From Malacoraja senta (taxonomy: Eukaryota): a stretch of DNA of 63,889 bases. Both the position numbers and the translations under genes were made by a program. The notes beneath the pieces were generated by a model. That model worked only from the letters and a program-made list of their open reading frames with translations. It was not told where the DNA came from and ran no database searches. Positions 39,101-50,073 of this stretch are shown here, in pieces (position 1 is the first letter of the stretch; every line of letters starts with the position of its first letter). The stretch covers positions 5,332,112 through 5,396,000 of the forward strand of contig CM075991.1 of NCBI GenBank assembly GCA_038087875.1. The letters run 5' to 3'.

Positions 39101-41106
39101 ATAAACAGAAAGTATATGTATAAATCCACTGCCATTTCCTTATACCCCATTACAAATTTTCCATCTGATTCATACCATATGTGTCCCTCATTTTTTACAC
39201 TCTTATTTTTTTTATTTATCTAGAGAAGTTCTTATTGATGCTTTTAACTATTTCATTGTTTACCCTCCATTACTACAAATCACTTAATCATCCATTCATC
39301 ATAAATTCAAAATGTACTCAATCCCAGGCATTTCTTTTTTTGACATTTTTAAGATTTTTCCGTAAATTTTATTTCTCGGTAACCTATTGTTGGATCAATA
39401 AAACTGCTGCATTTTGTGCCTTGCATGAGTGAACATTTGTTACAACTCATTTGGTTTTTTTTTTTAATTGCACCCATTTCCTGTCTTCCATCTTAAGACG
39501 TTAATGTGGTTTCTCAATCAACCACAGCCACACCTTCATAGTTTCTTTTGTTTAAATTGCAAACCTGCTTTCAATTTGAACAATATCACTTGCAAAATGT
39601 TATTGCTTTACTATGACGCTTTGCAACGAAATTATGAATCAGCCCTCTTTTGTGTATGAACTAAAAGCTCTGTTCCTAGTTCCTTGACATGCTGATCTGG
39701 ACATCTGCCTCATACTTGTTGCAGAAAATCATTCTCTAAATTGTTAATGTTAATTTAATTCACATTTTCAGTATGTAGATTAAAATCCCTCGAGCGAACT
39801 ATATTGCCCCTGTTAAAGGCATCTCTAATTGCCTTGCATCCCTACATCACAACTACTATTCAGCAGCCTATAAACAATCCCACCAAATCTTCCCTGCCCT
39901 CTGCTGCTTTTTAACTCAACCCAAACTGATTCTATTTTATACAATAATCTGCTGAACCAAAATCTTTTCCAAGGACAGTATCAATGCCAATGCTTCCATA
40001 TTTGCCAGGCCTTCTGAAATGTTGAATAATGTGAATATCAACAAGCAGCATAAAGCACGAGATTAAACAAACACTATGAGATCAGACAACCTTCTAGTTG
40101 TAGTACTATTACTTCAGAACGAGGTAAGATCCTAAAGGACACAAAGTGTTGGAGTAACTCAGCAGGTCATTCTACCATTATCAAGAACATAAATAGCTGA
40201 CATTTTGGGTTGAGACCCCTTCTTCAGGCTGATTGGGGGGAGCGGGGGGTGGGGGGGTGGAAGAGAGCAAAGCTGGAAAAGGGGAGAGGCAGATCAAAGC
40301 ATGGCAAGTAACAAGTTGACAAAGGCGAATAAGGTTTTGACAGCCAGATGGTTGGAACAAAGGCCCGAGATAAGAACAGAAGGTGTGAGACAGATTTGAA
40401 AAGTTACAGCCAGTGGGATAAATGTACCTGGAGGAGGGTGGGGATTGGGGAAATAGGTGAGAGTTGATGTTGGGCGACAGGGAAAGAAAGGGGGGGGGGG
40501 GAAGGGGAGAAAAGATGGGGTGGGGAAAGAAGTTTGGGGGCAGGGGAGTTAGTTAGAGGTTATCTAAAATTAGAGAATTCAACGTTCATACTGTTGGATT
40601 TTAAGCTATCCAAGCAGAACGTGAGTTCTTCTTGTTTGCGGAAGGCCTCACTCTGGCAATGAAGGATGCCCAGGACAGACAGATCAGTATGGGAATGGAA
40701 GGGGAGTGAAAATGGTTAGCAACCGGGAGATCCAGTAGGCCTTGGTGTACCGAGTGCATCTGTTCAGCAAACTGTCGTCGAGTCTACGCTTGGTCTCGCC
40801 AATGTACAGGAGCCCGGATGCAGTGGATGAGGTTAGAGGAGATACACACGAACCTCTGTCTCTCTTGAAAGGACTGACGGGGTCCCTGAATGGAGGCAAG
40901 GGAGGAGATATAGGGACAGGTATTGCATCTCTTGTGATTGCAGGGGGAAGTAATTCAAGTTTCCTATAAGTGAGGAAGCCGCTGATTGGTGGAAGAGGGC
41001 CAAGAGGAAGCAGCTGATTGGGAGTCAGATCCCTGCTGATTTCCTCTACCAGTTTGTATTATATCCAGGGTAAGGCTTTGTATTGTATCCAGGGTAAGGG
41101 GGGACA

Positions 41107-41978
41107 ATGAGGGCCAGGGCAGTTTACTGTTCTGGATGTCAGATGTGGGAGGTCATGGAGTCTGATACCCCTCCAGACGTCCACATCTGTGTCAGGTGCG
41201 TCGAGATGGGGTTCCTAAGGGACCGTGTTAGGAACCTGGAGCAGCAGCTCGATGACCTCTGTCTGATCAGGGAGAGTGAGGTCATAGAAAGGAGTTATAG
41301 GCAAGGGGCAGAGGCAGGGACTAGTGAGTACCCCGGTCCACCTTGAAAATAAGTACTCCTGTTTGAGTACTGATGGGGGGGGACAGCCTTCCTGGGGGTA
41401 GCGACAGCGGCCGGGCCTCCGGCACAGAGACCGGCCCTATTGCTCAGAAGGATAGGGAAAAGAAGAGGAGGGCAATAGTAATAAGGGACTCTATGGTTAG
41501 GGGGTCGGATAGGCGATTCTGTGGACGCAGTCAGGAGACCCGGATGGTAGTTTGCCTCCCTGCTGCCAGGGTCAGCGATGTGTCTGAACGCGTCCAAGAT
41601 ATCCTGAAATCGGAGGGAGAGGAGCCTGAGGTTGTGGTACATATAGATACCAATGACATAGGCAGAAAAAGAGAAGAGGTCCTGAAAGGAGAATTTAGGG
41701 AGTTGGGAGGAGAGTTAAGGAGAAGGTCCGCAAAGGTAACAATCTCAGGATTACTACCTGTGCCACGCGACAGTGAGAGTAGGAATGAAATGAGGTGGAG
41801 GATAAATGCGTGGCTGAGGAACTGGTGCAGCGGGCAGGGATTCAAATTTCTGGATCATTGGGACCTCTTTTGGGGAAGGTGTGACCTGTACAGAAAGGAC
41901 GGGTTGCACTTGAACCCGAGGGGAACCAATATCCTGGCGGGGAGATTTGCAAAGGCTACTGGGGAGACTTTAAACTAG
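41107..41978 (+). pseudogene. CR1 ORF1 (CxxC..CxxC zinc finger, coiled coil, SGNH/GDSL esterase), frameshifted
   Basis: MRARAVYCSGC...HICVRC then LRDRVRNLEQQLDDL; frame break near 41300-41370. Esterase blocks IVIRDSMVRG (GDS changed to RDS), HIDTND (GTND changed to DTND) and DGLH. Confidence 0.85.
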
Positions 41979-44918
41979 AACAGTTGGGGGGAGGGACTCA
42001 AATAGAGAAAGATAGTAGAAAATGTGGGAGGCAGGAGGCAGAGAAGGGAAGCACTCGGACCCAAAATGTAGGGGAGAAAGAAGAAAAAGATAATAAATAG
42101 AGAATAAGTGGTGGTGGATTTCTTAAATGTGTATATTTTAATGCTAGGAGCATTGTAAGAAAGGTGGATGAGCTTAGAGTCTGGATTGACACCTGGAAGT
42201 ATGATGTTGTGGCGATCAGTGAAACATGGTTGCAGGAGGGCTGTGATTGGAAACTAAATATTCCAGGATTTCGTTGCTTCAGGGGTGATAGAATTGGAGG
42301 GGCAAGAGGTGGGGGTGTTGCATTGCTTGTCAATGAAGATATTACAGCACTGCTTTGGCAGGATAGATTAGAGGGCTCGTCTAGGGAGGCTATTTGGGTG
42401 GAGCTGAGAAATGGGAAAGGTGTAGCAACACTTATAGGGGTGTATTATAGACCGCCAAATGGGGAGCGAGAATTGGAAGAGCAAATATGTAAGGAGATAG
42501 CAGATATTAGTAGTAAGCACAAGGTAGTGATTGTGGGAGATTTCAATTTTCCACACATAGACTGGGAAACACATTCTGTAAAAGGGCTGGATGGTGTGGA
42601 GTTTGTAAAATGTGTCCAGGATAGTTTTTTGCAGCAATACATAGAGGTACCTACTAGAGAAGGGGCAGTGCTGGACCTCCTGTTAGGAAATGAGACAGGG
42701 CAGGTGGCGGAGGTAAGTGTTGGGGAGCACTTCGGGTCCAGTGATCACAATACCATTAGTTTCAATATAATTATGGAGAGGGTCAGAACTGGACCTAGGG
42801 TTGAGATTTTTGATTGGAGAAAGGCTAACTTTGAGGAGATGCGAAAGGATTTAAAAGGAGTGAATTGGGACATGATGTTTTATGGGAAGGATGTAGAAGA
42901 GAAATGGAGGACATTTAAGGGTGAAATTTTAAGAGTACAGAATCTTTATGTCCCTGTTCGGTTGAAAGGAAATAGTAAAAATTGGAAAGAGCCATGGTTT
43001 TCAAGGGAAATTGGACACTTGGTTCGGAAAAAGAGAGAGATCTACAATAATTATAGGCAGCATGGAGTAAATGAGGTGCTTGAGGAGTATAAAGAATGTA
43101 AAAAGAATATTAAGAAAGAAATTATAAAAGCTAAAAGAAGATATGAGGTTGCTTTGGCAAGTAAGGTGAAAGTAAATCCAAAGGGTTTCTACAGCTATAT
43201 TAATAGCAAAAGGATAACAAGGAATAAAATTGGTCCATTAGAGAGTCAGAGTGGACAGCTATCTGCAGAGCCAAAAGAGATGGGGGAGATATTGAACAAT
43301 TTCTTTTCTTCGGTATTCACCAAGGAGAAGGATATGGAATTATGTGAGGTAAGGGAAACAAGCAGAGTAGCAATGAAAACTATGAGATTCAAAGAAGAGG
43401 AGGTGCGGACACTTTTGAAAAATATGAAAACGGATAAGTCTCCATGTCCTGACAGGATATTCCCGAGGACATTGAGGGAAGTTAGTGTAGAAATAGCAGG
43501 GGCTATGACAGAAATATTTCAAATGTCATTAGAAACGGGAATAGTGCCGGAGAATTGGCGTACAGCGCATGTTGTTCCGTTGTTTAAAAAGGGTTCTAAG
43601 TGTAAACCTAGCAATTATAGACCTGTTAGTTTGACGTCAGTTGTGGGCAAATTAATGGAAAGGATACTTAGAGATAATATATATAAGCATCTGGATAAGC
43701 AGGGTCTGATTAGGAACAGTCAACATGGATTTGTGTCTGGAAGGTCATGTTTGACTAATCTTCTAGAATTTTTCGAAGAGGTTACTAGGGAAATTGATGA
43801 GGGTAAAGCAGTGGATGTTGTCTATATGGACTTCAGTAAGGCCTTTTACAAGGTTCCTCATGGAAGGTTGGTTAAGAAGATTAAATTGTTGGGTATTAAT
43901 AGTGGAGTAGCAAGATGGATTCAACAGTGGCTAAATGGGAGATGCCAGAGATGGCTGTTTGTCAGGTTGGAGGCCGGTGACTAGTGGGGTGCCTCAGGGG
44001 TCTGTGTTGGGTCCTCTGTTGTTTGTCATGTACATCAATGATCTGGATGATGGTGTGGAAAATTGGATTAGTAAGTATGCAGATGATACTAAGATAGGTG
44101 GTGTGGTGGATAATGAAGTAGATTTTCAAAGTCTACAGAGAGATTTAGGCCATTTGGAAGAGTGGGCTGAAAGATGGCAGATGGAGTTTAATGCTGATAA
44201 ATGTGAGGTACTACATCTCGGCAGGACAAATCAAAATAGGACGTACATGGTAAATGGTAGCGAATTGAGGAATGCAGTTGAACAGAGGGATCTAGGAATA
44301 ACTGTGCATAGTTCCCTGAAGGTGGAATCTCATGTAGATAGGGTGGTAAAGAAAGCTTTTGGTGTGCTGGCCTTTATAAATCAGAGCATTGAATATAGAA
44401 GTTGGGATGTAATGTTAAAATTGTACAAGGCATTGGTGAGGCCAATTCTGGAGTATGGAGTACAATTTTGGTCGCCTAATTATAGGAAGGATGTCAACAA
44501 AATAGAGAGAGTACAGAGGAGATTTACTAGAATGTTGCCTGGGTTTCAGCAACTAAGTTACAGAGAAAGGTTGAACAAGTTAGGTCTTTATTCTTTGGAG
44601 CGCAGAAGGTTAAGAGGGGACTTGATAGAGGTCTTTAAAATTATGAGCGGGATAGACAGAGTTGACATGGATAAGCTTTTTCCATTGAGAGTAGGGAAGA
44701 TTCAAACAAGAGGACATGACTTGAGAATTAAGGGACAGAGGTTTAGGGGTAACATTAGGGGGAACTTATGTACTCAGAGAGTGGTAGCTGTGTGGAATGA
44801 GCTTCCAGTGGAAGTGGTGGAGGCTGGTTCGATTTTATCCTTTAAAAATAGATTGGATGGGTATATGGACGGGAAAGGAATGGAGGGTTATGGTCTGAGT
44901 GCAGGTAGATGGGACTAG
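41979..44918 (+). pseudogene. CR1 ORF2 (APE endonuclease + reverse transcriptase), one frameshift near 43950
   Basis: NARS, ISETWL, YYRPP, VGDFN, SSDH (APE); YRPVSLTS, QHGF, DFSKAFYKV, then in the next frame GVPQGSVLGP, YADD, ERRRLRGDLIE, TRGH. ORF track pieces are 42164-43984 and 43935-44918. Confidence 0.93.
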
Positions 44919-45631
44919 GGGGAAGTATTTTTTTTTTTTTTTTTAATTAAAAAAAAAAAATTTTTTTAATGTTCGGCACGGACTTGAAGGGCCGAGATGG
45001 CCTGTTTCCGTGCTGTAATGGTTATATGGTTATATGGTAACTGGGGAGGGAGTGGTTTGGGTGGGAAGGGACAAGTGAACCAAGGAGTTGCGGAAGGAGC
45101 GGTCACTGCAAAAGGCGGAAAGAGGTGGAGATGAGAAAATGCGACTAGTGGCGGGATCACCTACTTCTGTTCTCCAGACAATCATTGATCCATGTTCTCC
45201 AAAGGTGCTGCCTGACCTGCTGAGTTACTCCAGCACTTTGTGTCCTTTTGTATATTAACCAGCATCTGCAGTTCTTTGTTTCCAGATAGGATCCCAGCCA
45301 AGCTGTTCCAGTTCTATTACAACACTAGTATTGGCCTGAAAATTGCCTCAGTGTGTTCCGTGCATAAAAAGCAGGGGAAATCAATTCAGCTAATTATCAT
45401 CCAATAAAATCTATTCTCAAATATCGGCAACGTAACAGAGGCTATTATCCAAAGGACTGCAAATCAACATTTACTCTGGATTTACTAAACACCAACATCC
45501 AACTTGGGCTTTGCCAAAACCATTCTGCTCCAAACTCATCACAGCTTGGGTCCAAGGTGAGACAAGCTGAGAATGATTGCTTGACGTCAAGTCAACATTT
45601 GACTAAATATGGCAAAGAGGGGCCATAGTAA

Positions 45632-45983
45632 ATGGCCTGTCCCACTGTACGAGGTAATTCAAGAGTTCTCCCGAGTTTTCCCCTGATTCAAACTCAGAGA
45701 ATGTCCGTAGCGGGTCTGTAGGAGTTCGTGGATGTCTCGTAGCGGCTCGTAATGCTAACGGTAGGTACTTGGGAAATCCGGTAACTCGTGACGCTTTTTC
45801 AACACTGTGAAAAATGTCCACGAGTAAAAAAACGTGATGAAAAAAATTGTTACTTTTTACTCGTACGAGCCGCTACGAGACATCCACAAATTCCTACGGA
45901 CCCGCTACGGACATTCTCCGAGTCCGAATCAGGGGAAAACTCGGGAGAACTCTTGAATTACCTCGTACAGTGGGACAGGCCCT
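45632..45983. mobile_element. MITE, PIF/Harbinger-like
   Basis: Long TIRs beginning A(T/G)GGCCTGTCCCACTGTACGAGGTAATTCAAGAGTTCTCCCGAG (more than 110 bp inverted); TAA on both flanks (45629-45631, 45984-45986). Confidence 0.85.
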
Positions 45984-46059
45984 TAAAACAGAAATTAATT
46001 GGCATCAAGGAGGAAAAAACTCCAGCAATTGAAGTCACACTATAAACAAAGGAACACAG

Positions 46060-46270
46060 ATAGACAAAAGTGCTGGAGAAACTCAGCGGGTGCAGCAGCA
46101 TCTATGGAGCGAAGGAAATAGGCAACATTTCGGGCCGAAACCCTGAAGAAGGGTTTCGGCCCGAAACGTTGCCTATTTCCTTCACTCCATAGATGCTGCT
46201 GCACCCGCTGAGTTTCTCCAGCACTTTTGTCTACCTTCGATTTTCCAGCATCTGCAGTTCCTTCTTAAAT
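46060..46270. mobile_element. Penelope pLTR-derived fold-back element (young)
   Basis: About 83-bp inverted arms; TSD ACAAAGGAACACAG at 46046-46059 and 46271-46284. Confidence 0.9.
46143..46173 (+). ncRNA. Minimal hammerhead motif with UUCG-capped helix II
   Basis: CTGAAGA-A-GGGT-TTCG-GCCC-GAAA-C-GTT, at the centre of a fold-back element. Confidence 0.58.
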
Positions 46271-47721
46271 ACAAAGGAACACAGGTCATTGGAGGTTGAT
46301 CATTCATGCTATACAGTATCGTTGTGCGAGTTACTTAGAGCGGTGTCCCAGGCCAAAACTATCTTCACTGTTTCATTAATAATCTTCATTATATCTCAAG
46401 ATCAAAAGTGAGAATATTCACTGATGATTGCACAACATTCAATTTCACTTACAATTCCTCAGGATATGGAGCAGCCTATGCCGAAATGCAACTAGAACTA
46501 AACAACATTCAGTTGAGGGCTGTTAAGAGGTGACATCAATGGCAGTTACAGCCAAAGGGGCTGGAGAATGGTCTCAACCCGAAGTTCCGTCTGTCCATTC
46601 CCTGCTCGGATGCTGCCAGACCTGCTGAGTTCCTCCAACACTTTCCGGCAAGAGGGAGTTTCAGCACCACTCCTGACACTCAATGGCAATATCACTACGT
46701 CTCCCCCACCGTGAATATCCAGGAGTCTCCACTGAACAGACACTCAATGGAATGAGCTGGAAGGAACAGCAGATGCTGGTTTACACTGGAGATAGACACA
46801 AAAAGCTGGAGTAACTCAGCGGGTCAGGCAGCATCTCTGGAGAAAAGGAATAGGTGATGGATGTTTTGGGTCGAGACGCTTCTTGAGACCATGACCTGAA
46901 TGAGTTGCAAACACTGTGGCTATAAACAGCTGTCGAGAAGTTGGCCATCCTATGCCAAATGACTCACCTCCTGACATCCCAAAGGCTTTTCATCATTGCC
47001 AAGGAGCAAGTCGTGAGTCAAATGGAAAACTCTCTGCCTGGTCAAGTGCAACTACCATGAAGCTCAACAATATCCACCACATATAGGGATGGGCAATAAA
47101 CAGAAATCCTAAAAAAAACAAATAAATTCCAAACAAACTTTGTTCCCAGACTGTCACCCTGCAGCTGTGTTAATTGAAGGCAATTAAATAATTCATATTT
47201 ACTATTTATGGGGGTAATTCAATCATTAACAGAAAAATAACTTTCATATCACTTGACTGGGCAGAGCTTTCTATTTCTATGCTGATGTGATTGTATTTAC
47301 TGTCAGCCAACAAAATAATTTCAATACTTATGAGGACCCCTGTCTCATCAGTTCAGTGCTGTGATTACAGATTTAAGCCTGTTGTGGATAAGTAAGTTTA
47401 TTGGCCAAGTAGTCACATACAAGGAATTTGCCTTGGTGCTCCGCCCACAAGTAACAACATGACATCCAGTGACAGTTACGAATGACTCAGAAACCACTAA
47501 ACATTAATAATAATAAGACATTAATTATATACATGGATACATTAACGTATCCAAAGAGTTCTGTGGACCGAGGAAGTACGAACTTGAATTTCAACCACAC
47601 CTTTCCTGACCTTGGGGCATCCCTATGAGCTTTATAACCAACTAGGTAATGCCAAATGCAGGGTGTGTTAAATCAGCTTGCCAGCACTCTTGCATGCGAA
47701 CACAATGGAAGTGAACTAAAG

Positions 47722-48000
47722 AAGGTAACGCAGCGGCAGAGTTGTTGCCTTACAGCGCCAGAGACCCGGGTTTGATCCTGTCTGCGGGCGCTGTCTGTAT
47801 GAAGTTTATACGTTCTACCCGGGTTTTCTGCAGGATCTCCAGCTTTCTCCTACACTCCAAAGAGGTTTGTAGGCTAATTAGCTTTGTAAAATTGTTGCTA
47901 GTGTGCAGGGTAGTGCTTGTGTGGGATGGGGGGGGAGAGAGGAATCGCTGGTCGGCGTGGACCCAGTTGGCCAAAGGGCCTGTTTCCCTGCTGTATCTCA
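47722..48000 (+). mobile_element. HE1-like SINE
   Basis: cgcagcggcagagttgttgccttacagcgccagagacccgggtttgatcc head and aagggcctgtttccctgctgtatctc tail. Confidence 0.8.
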
Positions 48001-49884
48001 AAAAAATATATATTTTTAAAGGTGTGCAATTATATGACTTCATGTTATGAGAGCCTTTTGAGTCTGCAGCCCTATCAGGACAATAAATAATTTTGTCACC
48101 CTCAAAAATGAACGTGCCTTACACTGTCAATGTAAATTCATACAGTCACGTGATGGGAGGATGCCATGCAATTCGCCACTGACTTTGCACTAGCTCCGTT
48201 AAACAGCAATCCAGTTAGTCCCACTCCCCCGCTTTATTCCCCATCATAAGAGCATTAGAAATAAAAAGAGTCGTGGGCCATATGGCACCTCAAGTCTGCA
48301 CTGCTCTTCAATACGATTATGACTGATCTGATCACTGGCCTCAACTCCACTTTCCTGCCTGTTCCACAAAACCTGCAAATGTTTTCAAGCCTTTGAGAAA
48401 CGTGAACACAATGCCTGCTCTCATCCATCAGCTGCCTTCAACTCAAGAAGTAAAACCTGGAACCACCAATTGCAAAAAAACTGTTCTGTGCTCCCTGGCT
48501 CATTTCACTCAGTGAGCTGTGATTGGTGTTTTGCTGACTGACATCCTCATTTGATTTCACAAAAGGTTAAAAAAAAAATCCTCTCAGTGGTACTAAAATA
48601 CACAGATGGAGTGAGTAGCTGCCAATTAACTGTTTACTTGTTGCTTAGTGACATAGCACCCGTAGTAGCAACATAACTGAACTCATTTCAAAATTGTAGG
48701 CAGCCCCAAATATCAAAATGAAGCGATTGCTGGCTTTCCGAGCCACTGATCAAAGCCCAAATTCGTCTTTCTGACAGTTTTACCATCACTGACTCGGATA
48801 ATAGCGAAGGTGCAGGAAAAGAAATCAGAGGCTGTCACAGCGAAGCGCGGAGATTGAGGCAACAAGCTTCAACTATTTTTTTAAATCCTAAGCAAACCAG
48901 TTGCATTGAACATTAGAGCAGCACATTCGCACAATGGATGTGGATCCTCACAAGGTAAGCTTCCATATCCCTCAGAAATATAAAGTGGAATGAAGAAAAA
49001 GTCCACGGTTGTGGCATCTATTTCAATCAAAAATTCTCTTTATTAATTTTTCATAATTTCTTTGCTCGGGTTAGTGGCTTGTGTTTAATGGTACCAGTAC
49101 TGTGTAATCAAGTAATTCCTCTCTACCAAGGTAGTGATTGTTGGCAAGATTCCTCATAGCAGACGCGTTCTCTATTATGTCCACTCCAAAATCTAGCACA
49201 GCGTTAACGAGCACCTCACAACAAGCATAGTCTTCACCAAGAATTCATACCTCAGCACCCAGCTGCTTGTTTGCCAAGTAGCACAAAAATCCCTGTCCAC
49301 TTGTACATTTTAAAATCATGGATAACCCATTGAAATCACATCAAGGCACTGGAGAAATTTCAACAACGACGCCTCTGCTAAATCCTCTGAAGCAGTTTGC
49401 AGGATGGGCACACAATGTCAATGTCCTCTTTCAGACCACCATCCCCAGTAGCAAGGTTCTGATACCAGTCAACCAGATCCAATGAGCAATCAAATCACTA
49501 CCATGCCAACACCCGACTTACCGCTCAGAAACTCTCCTCCGAACTTTGCCACAAGAATGGATTTCCAGAAGGACAAAGAAAATGCTTCACAGAGATTTTG
49601 TAGAAAGGTAATATCCTTTATTGAAATGGGAATTTTCTGCCAGTAAACTACTCAAATTGCCCACGGATGATGTTGCAGAACCTGCCTAGACTGACCCAGC
49701 CACCACGGAACAAATAGAAGTGAACGAGAAGCAAATCCTCGGAGGCATGAAAGATGAAAAACACACACACACACACACCCCAGCGCTAATGCAACGTTGC
49801 TCGGCTGTGCCCCATTAGGGATTGGATCTCAAACTATACTTGAAACTATTTTTTGGACTCTGATCCATTTAAGCTTCAAAGACA

Positions 49885-50073
49885 GAGACACAGTGCTGGA
49901 GTAGCTCAGCGTGTCAGGCAGCATCTCTGGAAAACTTAGATAGGCGACGTTTTGGGAAAAGGGTCCAGACTGAAAATGTCACCTATCCATGTTCTCCAGA
50001 GATGCTGTCTAGCCCGCTGAGTTACTCTAGCACCGTCTCTTTTTGTATATACCAGCGCCTGCAGTTTTTTGTA
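49885..50073. mobile_element. Penelope pLTR-derived fold-back element
   Basis: Inverted arms; TSD TAAGC(T/C)TCAAAGACA at 49870-49884 and 50074-50088. Confidence 0.83.

Larger units (their letters stand above)
40954..45036 (+). mobile_element. Near-full-length CR1-clade LINE (5'UTR, ORF1, ORF2, 3' hairpin and (GGTTATAT)n tail), defective
   Basis: ORF1 and ORF2 as listed separately. 3' end gcacggacttgaagggccgagatggcctgtttccgtgctgtaatggttatatggttatatgg. GTAA occurs on both flanks (40950-40953, 45037-45040) and the interrupted host repeat resumes at 45041. Confidence 0.93.
40133..45283 (-). mobile_element. Penelope-like element remnant (GIY-YIG C-terminus, pLTR, inverted pLTR), split by the CR1 insertion
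   Basis: Minus-strand LLYIGETKRRL and PVANHF...MNVEFSNFR* at about 40560-40900. pLTR at 40133-40230; host sequence resumes 45041-45160; inverted pLTR at 45188-45283. Degenerate flanking repeat AGGTAAGATCC/AGATAGGATCC. Confidence 0.82.
40020..47100 (+). mobile_element. Ancient degraded LINE RT remnant (CR1/L2 group) hosting several younger insertions
   Basis: GPDNIP..VL-like sequence at about 40075-40130 continues as AKLFQ...VHKKQ.KS..ANY.PI at 45295-45410 and ttcactgatgattgcaca (FADD-like) at about 46417. A related fragment lies at about 23570-24200. Confidence 0.55.
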
